Shown here: positions 51,699-64,000 of the stretch, one piece after another
Layout of the letters: each line of letters opens with the position of its first letter
Numbering within the stretch: position 1 is the first letter of the stretch
Assembly: GCF_009834535.1 (NCBI RefSeq)
Contig: NC_045697.1
Location: forward strand, 30,568,001-30,632,000
Direction of reading: 5' to 3'
From: Camelus ferus
Lineage: Eukaryota
DNA length: 64,000 nt
Position numbers and translations under genes: made by a program
The notes under the pieces: model-generated
The model's input: only the letters and a program-made list of their open reading frames with translations
Told to the model about the DNA's origin: nothing
Database searches by the model: none

Positions 51699-52873
51699 TG
51701 GGGTTTTCCTTTTTTAAGTCCGAAGAGAGACAATGGTCTTGAGAATCTTGAGGATTTTCTAAACTCTTTAAGCTCTCCTTTCCTTATTAAGGGTGGTGCC
51801 TGTGTGACTTCAGGTTTATAGGTAAGTCACTGGTAGAAATAACTCAGTAAATGATGTAAGGGAAGACCCCGACCCCGGGGGGAAAAGGGAAAGCATGCTC
51901 CCTGGAGTCCCAGGGGAGAGTGGGTAGCAGTGGGGAACACATTTAAGAAGCAGTTGGTGACACAAGTGTGTTCTGGCTGCTCCTTTCCAAGCCCAAATCC
52001 CAGAGGAAACAGGGAGATGGAAAGGTGTCAGAAAATTCAAGGTGAAGTCAAGAGCAGTGTGGGGTTTGCCCCTTCTCTGTTTGGGGGAGACAGCCATGAT
52101 GTGTGGTCTCGCTCCAGTGTGAAAAGCCAGTTAAAATGGCAGTGTGGGTGAACAGGCAGGGAGAGAGAGAGATTGAGTCAGCATTCTGGAACCTCTCCTG
52201 GCTCCTGTGTATTGTGGAGGGATCTGAAAGGCTCCTTATGCTGGGGAAACAACCATGGGAAACACGACGCTGGCTGGCAGGGTTGCTGTGTTGAGGGTGA
52301 TTTACCCCGTTGCCAAGGACCAGGGATCCACTGCCTGAGACAGCTAGACCTGAGGAGGGGGTGTGGTCAGGGAAGGATAGAGAGATTCACAGCACGTGAG
52401 AGCCACGGTTGGGCCAGGCAAGGGAGAAGAAATCATGTGCTTGCCAACCACAGGCTTCTTCAGTGGACCAATGCCCCTGGGAAAGGTAACAGAGAAGATC
52501 TGGAGGACAGCGTGTGCTTTCCAGATCCTCTCTCCTGCCCTTGCAAGCTGAGGTAAGCTGCTTGTCTCCTCCACCCCTTATAGCCCAGGGGCCAAAAGGG
52601 CCCTGAGGAAGAGATGAATTACAACTAACTGAATTCGTAACTCAGAGGAAGCAGCCTTGAACTAGAAGAACCCAATACCTTTCATTACCTACTTTAATTC
52701 CATGCATGACTCCCACCCATCCTTCCCACACGTGTGCATCTAGCAAGGTCAGGACCGAAGTATCAGTTATGGACAATGGGCAGCTACCTTTCCTTAGAAC
52801 ACAGGAATAGTCGTGTGCTAAATATTTGGACTCCTCTGCTTTTTTCAGCCTTGTGATGCAGTTTTGTTCTAAG

Positions 52874-53120
52874 CAGTGACTTTCAAATGTCTGGATCACG
52901 ACCCTCAGTAAAAAATGTTATTTCATATCACTATCCAGAACATATATGCTTATACATATACCTGAAATAAAATGTTGTGAAATCAAACCTACCTTTACTG
53001 TGGGGATGTACTCTCTATTTTATATTCTATTCTATCTTTTAACAAATGTCATTTATGCATCGGTAAATTGATTTCATGACCCACCCAATATGTTGTGACC
53101 TACAGCTTGAAATATACTGT
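52874..53120. mobile_element. hAT-Charlie-type MITE
   Basis: CAGTGACTTTCAAA ... TTGAAATATACTG terminal inverted ends. Confidence 0.6.
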
Positions 53121-53279
53121 CCTAAAGGCCTAATGAGGTAAAGAAAACATTTGTCCCTTCACAGTTTAGCTACAGTTGCTGTGCTTTCATATAGTTCTGT
53201 TTTGATAACTTTACTGCCCCCTCCATTGCAGGCAGCATTCAGTTATTAAAGCTGACCCCATCATATTTACTGTAGTAGT

Positions 53280-53720
53280 CAAGATGTTTTCAGTTATCTG
53301 TGATCAAAACCCAACCTAAACTGGCTTCAGGCAAAAGTGAATGTATTGTCTCATGTAACAGAGAAGACCAGGTTAGGGCAAGCTTCAGGCACAGCTGGAT
53401 CTAGGGACTCAAACATTTTAGTATCTCCCTTTGATTCTTCTCTTGCCTCTATGAGCTAGCCTTATTCTAGTTAGGCCTACTCTACAAGTAAAGGATCATA
53501 TGTTTGACTACCCCAAGCAAACAGGTCCACCATCACAATCTACAAAGAAGAGAAGCCCTCCACAAATCCCATTGAAGGACTCTGATTGGCCATGCTTGAA
53601 TCACGTGCACATCCCTGAACCAGTCACAAAGTCCAGGGAGAGAGGAATTCTTGTTGCTTCCCTTAGGTCTCGTGCCCAACCCTTGGCCAGGAGTGGAATG
53701 CCATGATTGACAGTCCCTCC
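53280..53720 (-). mobile_element. Old MaLR LTR (MLT1K/L-like)
   Basis: aaaacccaacctaaactggctt...gcttcaggcacagctggatctagggactcaaac...tctgattggccatgcttgaatcacgtgcacatccctgaaccagtcac. Confidence 0.65.
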
Positions 53721-56639
53721 AGGCTCACATGGAAGCGAGGGAAGTAGGGTACTCTTATTAGAATGAGGGGAGGAATTCTCAGGCCAAGAGAAAAATCAAG
53801 AGAGATAAACAGAGTAGATTGATGTAGAAAGATAGGTTCTGTGTAAGGGCATAAACCACTTTCTTATCAATACAGTAAGCTAAATTTAGTACTAGACTTT
53901 GTAACTTTTTATGCCTTCTTAGGAAGATAAGCCTGCCTGGGGAGGTGGAGCAGGCAGTGAAGATTATTTCCTGGATTTCCCCTGTCTTCAAGAAAGCTGA
54001 GGTTGCCAAATAGTTAAGTTCTAGATGGAAGAGGCTAAATGACACATAAACTAAAGAAGTATTAGATCCTAGTTTTTTTATATACCAAATTGGAATAGCC
54101 ATGCAGACAGCTGCAAATGTCGTCTCTACTTTCAAGCCCCGTTCACATGGAGAAGCCAAAAATAGATGCCAAAGATAAGGTTTCTTCTTGTCCTTGGATA
54201 CAAAAAGTGTTTAAAGAAATTTAAAGTGTAGTGATTTTATAGAATGAATGGTTGCACAAAATCAGATGATTAACTAGACAAGGCAGAAAGAATTCCAAAG
54301 CCCAGTTCTGAGGACAGGATGAGGGGCACATTCTGAAGATGACACTGCTGGCCCCTTTGCTGCAGGAGTGTGTAACACTGAGTTCATTTTCCATGCTGAG
54401 TATTTGCTTCTGTCACATCCATGTTCTCTGGCTGATGCCCTCAGACAACACACAGCAGGTGTTTGCAAGCCAAGTTCAAGTGTGCATTCTGTATTCCTGA
54501 GACAGAAGAAACTTAGTTGACCCACAGGTGTAGAAATGAGGACCTTTACCTCATTGGCCCCTTATGTTACCAACAGCGCTAACAAAATACAGGCTATTTG
54601 AAAAAAGAAAAAACTTAAAAGATGCCTTTGACAGCAATTGTATAGCAGCTTTCAAAAGAAATCCATATGATTTACAAACTAGAAGGGTGACTTAAAAATT
54701 TTCAAAACATTCTGTGTGGCTGGTAAGGGTGAGAAGGGGAGTAAGAAGACAGAAATAAGACAAGAACCCTCTGTGTTTTCTTTCTCCTCTGTAAACCTCT
54801 CCCCCACCAAAAGAACACATGGCCCTTGAGCAGCGACTTACCATTTTTCCAGGGTCAGTTCACTTTCTGTGCCGCTCTAAACCCTGCTGAAAGCCAGCTC
54901 CTCCGGGAGCCCCAGGAATTGGGGCTGGCCTCTCTTCAGTCTGCAAGCACTCAGAAGGAAATGCCCCTTGCTGAGAAAGGGGTGGCGTTGGGGGCGGGGG
55001 TAGGAATCCATCTACTGTCAAGGAAGTTTCAATTAAATACGGATACCAATTAATTTAATTTATATTTCTGCATGAAAAATATCATTCTATTATACAGGCA
55101 CTGGAAGGATGCCAGGAACCCAGGTTAATAAATTACATGTCTACTGACATAATATGGAATCGCAGACTAATCGGATACTTATTAAATGCCCACCTGTGCT
55201 TGGGGCTACACCTTGTAGAAATCCAGCTGAAATAAGGTCTGTATGGCAGGGCTTGTCCCTACACTGTGATCATCTGACACCCACCCTTATCCCCCTCTGC
55301 TCCTAGCTTTGGGGCATGTCTCCAGAGAACAGCTCTAGAAAAGAATAATCAATATTCAATTGCCAGTGGTTATGAATAGGCACATTGAATGAATAAGGGA
55401 ATGAATGATGGAGAATTGTAAATAATCCATGCAAATTAATCAGGGCATGGGCCTATATTGGTTAGCAGGAAACTTGCCATGATTATTTAAATATAGATTC
55501 AAACCAGCTGGTGGTAGGTAATACCTACTGTTTCTGAAGCCCCAACTCTGAGCCAGACTTGTTACATGTTTTATTTTGAATCCTTATAACAATCCTTCAA
55601 GGTAGGGAAGGATTGTTCCCACTGCCCTTATTTTAGAGACAGGGAAGCTGAGGTTCAGTTAGCGGAAATGACCTTGCTCAAGTTCACGTGATCAGAAAGA
55701 GGCACACTCAAACCCAGACTTGTCTGATTCAGACCTGGAATACTCTTTCTGTTGTGCTGGCTGGTTTTCTCTGCGTCCTAGCTCTGCTCTCCTGGACAAG
55801 TGTCACCACTGTCTCCATGGGGAATTGGCTGGTGACTGCCTTGTTCTCGCAGTGCTGACACTCTGGACAGTTCCAATTAGATCACCAGGAGTTGACTCTA
55901 CAAATACCCCGTGTCCTGGAAATTCACCCTGCTCTCCACTGGTTCAGCTCCCAGATACTTACTTGCTGCAGCTCTGTATGGTAGCGAAATAATGTCGCTC
56001 AATTGTCACAAATCCTCAGCCAGTCATCTATGAAGTCAGTTATTTACTCAGCATTTACCAAGCACTCACTATGTACCAGGTGCTCTGTGAGGTCCCACGA
56101 TGCAATAATGAAAAAGGTCAAACTGATGGGGAAGATAGATGCCCTATCTTACCCTACCCTGTATTACCATGAGGTGTGGTAGATGCTTGGAATTACGGAT
56201 GGAAAACATTCATCTCATCATTTATTCATCATTCACTTATTCTCTCTATGACTATTTATTTACTGAGACCCTAGGATGTGCTGGGCAATGGGCCCACTCT
56301 ACCATGTGCGAGCCAGGGTACCAGTGGAGGACACTGACCTGAATCTGCCCATTCCTGACTCCATCTTGCACTGCAGGGGCCTCTCATGTTCATGTGTGGA
56401 CACCCTCACCTGCGTTTACAAGTTTATAACCATGTCTCCCCAGAACCACTTATGACCTGGAAGAAGTTTTTTCAACTCCTAGAAACCAGCTTGGGTCTAT
56501 CTGAGCAGGGATTGCTGGGGTCCCAAGGCCCAGAGACTTGTAAAGAAAGGGAGGAAATGGGCTTTGGGTGGGCACAGCCCATTGGCTCTATTCATTCATT
56601 CCCCTGTGAGTGTGGGCAAAGGCCGCGGAGGCCCAGAGG

Positions 56640-56795
56640 GATGCAAAGATGGTCCTCAGACCAGCAGTTTCTACATCACCTGGGAGCTTGTGGTTAATGC
56701 AGAATCCCAGGCCCCTCCACAGACCCTGGGAACCTAAGTGTGCATCTTAACACCCCAGGTGATTCGTATGCACGTTATGGTTTGAGAAACACTGC
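56640..56795 (+). mobile_element. MER5-like hAT-Charlie element
   Basis: catcacctgggagcttgtggttaatgcagaatcccaggcccc...ccccaggtgattcgtatgcac...tttgagaaacactg. Confidence 0.72.
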
Positions 56796-58847
56796 TCTAA
56801 GGGCCCTATGTCTAATCGCCTCTTTACAAACCAAGAGTCCAAGGCTAAAGAACAGGACAAGGGGAGGGGCACAGCTCGGGGCAGGGCTGCCGGGGTCTGG
56901 GAGTACACTTCTGGGCACCTGGCTATTCTCTACGGGCAACTATGCACCAAAGCAAATTTGAGAAAATGTGCCTTTCCAGTAACTCAGATTAACAGGGTCC
57001 GGGATTAAGAGATTTGTAGTGAGTGATCCAAGGAAGAGAAGAAGTCCACCAAGTCATGAGCAGAAAGTAATTCAAGGAAGGTTAGTGAGTGATAATACAT
57101 CTTTCCAGGAAGAAACCTGAGGGAGGGTTGAGAAACTTTTGGTTTTCTATTTAATTTCTGGATCCAGAGCACATGAGCTGGAGGGGATTCCCATAGCCAA
57201 AGTGAATTGTCCTTTTTTATTGATTTATTTTTTCACTTCTGCATTCCTTTGGCCTTTTCTTCTTCTTTCCTTAGTACATTTTAGGTCCCAGCCCTTTCTG
57301 ATGTATTCATTTTGCCTTGTTTTCCTTTACTTCTCTGCATTTGCCTTTCTCAAATCTTTCACTCTGCTCCAAAGAACATAAAACAAAGAGATGTGAACGA
57401 GACTAGGTTGCAAAATATGGTCTGGGGTCAGTTTCATGCTGCTAACGATTCCTTTCTATTAAAAATAAAAAAATTTAAATATGTAATTTTAATTCATACA
57501 TTAAAAATAGAAAGAATTGCATTTTGATTTTGAAAGTGTCCTTCACCCAGTTACAATGATCAACATATTCTCAATTGGGTTTCAGCTTCTCTGTTCCATC
57601 TTCACATCTCTATTTCTCTTCTACCTTTTATTTCTCCCCTCCCTTCCTTCCTTTAGTCCTTCCTTCCATCGTCCCTCCTACCTCTCTCTCCTCTCCTCTA
57701 TTCTATCTCCTCCTCCGTCTTTCTCTCCCTTTCTCCCCTCCCCCATCTTTCTCTGGCGTTTATTAAAGCAAATCCCAGACATCATATCATTTAACTCATT
57801 TCCTATAGCATTTCCCAAAGGCAGGGAGGGCCACAAGGGAACGTAAGCTGAGGAAATGATCTCTTATGATTGTGTTCTTCACCAAAATATGGAATTTGTG
57901 TTAGAGATAAGGAAAAATATAGAATTTCTAAAACCTCTACATAATACCCCAGGTGGTGCAGATTTTATTTTCCGTCTCCACGTCCTCTCTCTAGAGTCTT
58001 TGAGGGGGGTCTATGAGAACTTTTAAATCTTCCTTTACTATTAAAGTAGTAATAGAATAACAGCAACTTTGGATGTTTATAAATTTAAAAAGAATATATT
58101 CTCTTTCTGTTTGCAAAGAGCATTCTGGGAGCATAACTTTAGCAGTAAAAAATTGTCAGTGCAAAATTTATAGAGATCTTCTATGACAAGAAACCAAACA
58201 CATTTTCTCCCTACGGAAACCCCCCTGAGCTGATTGTTGTAATGGTTTAAAGGCGCTTTGGATCAGGATCTAGATAGGAAAGCATGGTGTACCATTGCTT
58301 TAATGTCCACACACATCAGAGCTAAGGAGTACCAAGTAGTCTGGAGGTTCGGTTATTTTCCATTAGTAAATATTCAACTAAATTTCAGTAAAATGCCTTC
58401 TAAGTAAGTCAAATGGACAGGGGCTTTGAATGAGGGAATTAATTATAGCTAGTGTCCCAAGGAAAAGAACCCCACTGTGGCATGGAGAATGTAATTAATG
58501 GGAGGTAAGTGCCAACAAATCACTCCCTAAAATATTAATGCTATCAAAGAACAGCTGGATAATGAGAGAAACTTGACCCTTGGGGGACTGGCAGAGGTTG
58601 CTGTTGCTCCTGCAGAACTTTATGCAGTTGTGATGTCATGGATTTCCTCTAAATTTAACAAAAAAATATTAAGAGGTGTGGTTCTGGGAAAGTTATTAGC
58701 AGCAAACATGTCTTTGGAGTTTTATCATCTTACTATGATCATTATATCTCACTGTTGCTGTGGTTCTACGTGACTTTCCCCCTTAATTGCTCAGGATTTA
58801 TATAATCCAAACAACACCCCTTAAAAAAAAACTCTTTAAGTCTGGAC

Positions 58848-59000
<153 letters not shown>

Positions 59001-59779
59001 GTAAAAACACAGTACATAAGAATTTCTGCAAAAATAATTTCCCATGTGCGTAATGTAAGTCCTTTAAGTCAAGAAAAACTCTCTCGTTTGTTTGTGGATA
59101 AAAGCCTAAACTTCATTTGATTTTACTTAATAGCATATTATTGTCCAAAGAAATATTTAAGAAAGCAATGAAGTTAAATACTTGCACAGTCCTACTTAAC
59201 ATATAACAACATTTGGGGGCATATTTTTGCATTATCATAACTAAATACTCATCCCAGTATTTAAACCCAGAAGTCAGAAGTGATTCTTCACTTGGAATAT
59301 ACTTTAAGTTACATTTTAAAACAGAAACCGTTTCATTCAGAGTTTTTTAAAAAAAAAACTTCTGTGAATCGACTCGGACCCTCAGGGAGCCGCGGGCGTG
59401 GCGTGGTGAATGCTTTTGACCGCACATTTTTTCCGGCTGGTGCGCAGCAAACTTTGTCTTCTGTTTCACTCGACTTGCCAACATCTAAATCAGTGACACG
59501 GGCATTCAGTGTATCTGACAAATGGGTTGAGATACGCGGAACATATTTGCACATACCAATAAACGGTGAGAGGAAGTTCAGGATGCTGTAAAAAGAAACC
59601 TAGAGTTTAGCCCAGGTTTCACAGAGCGCCAGTTTCGTAAGGCACTTACGCCGCTAAAGGAGCAATGCCCCTGAAAATAGCACACAGGGGACACATCATT
59701 TAAATAAATGTGTTTCTTTGCCCTAACCCAAGTTCAGATCTGCTCTGTTATCATTAATTTTGTTCTTTTATTTCCTTTG

Positions 59780-64000
<4,221 letters not shown>

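Overview
Mammalian DNA, most likely camelid: it carries two young tRNA-Ala-derived SINEs of the Vic-1 type. About 59 kb is repeat-rich intergenic sequence (L1, L2, MIR, MaLR/ERV solo LTRs, hAT and Tigger MITEs). It is followed by a CpG island containing the first coding exon of SHISA3 (60976-61252, + strand) and the start of intron 1. The most interesting observation is a ~500 bp non-repeat segment at ~44990-45491, between a truncated MLT1 LTR and an old L1. One + reading frame there, with two internal stops, matches the middle of bornavirus nucleoprotein motif by motif in the same order, making it a candidate endogenous bornavirus-like N element (EBLN). Other observations are nested transposon insertions with intact TSDs, an inverted pair of young SINEs, two L1 3' fragments with the same truncation point, and a stop/start-coupled uORF pair upstream of SHISA3. 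All family assignments come from visual recognition against remembered consensus sequences; no searches were run.
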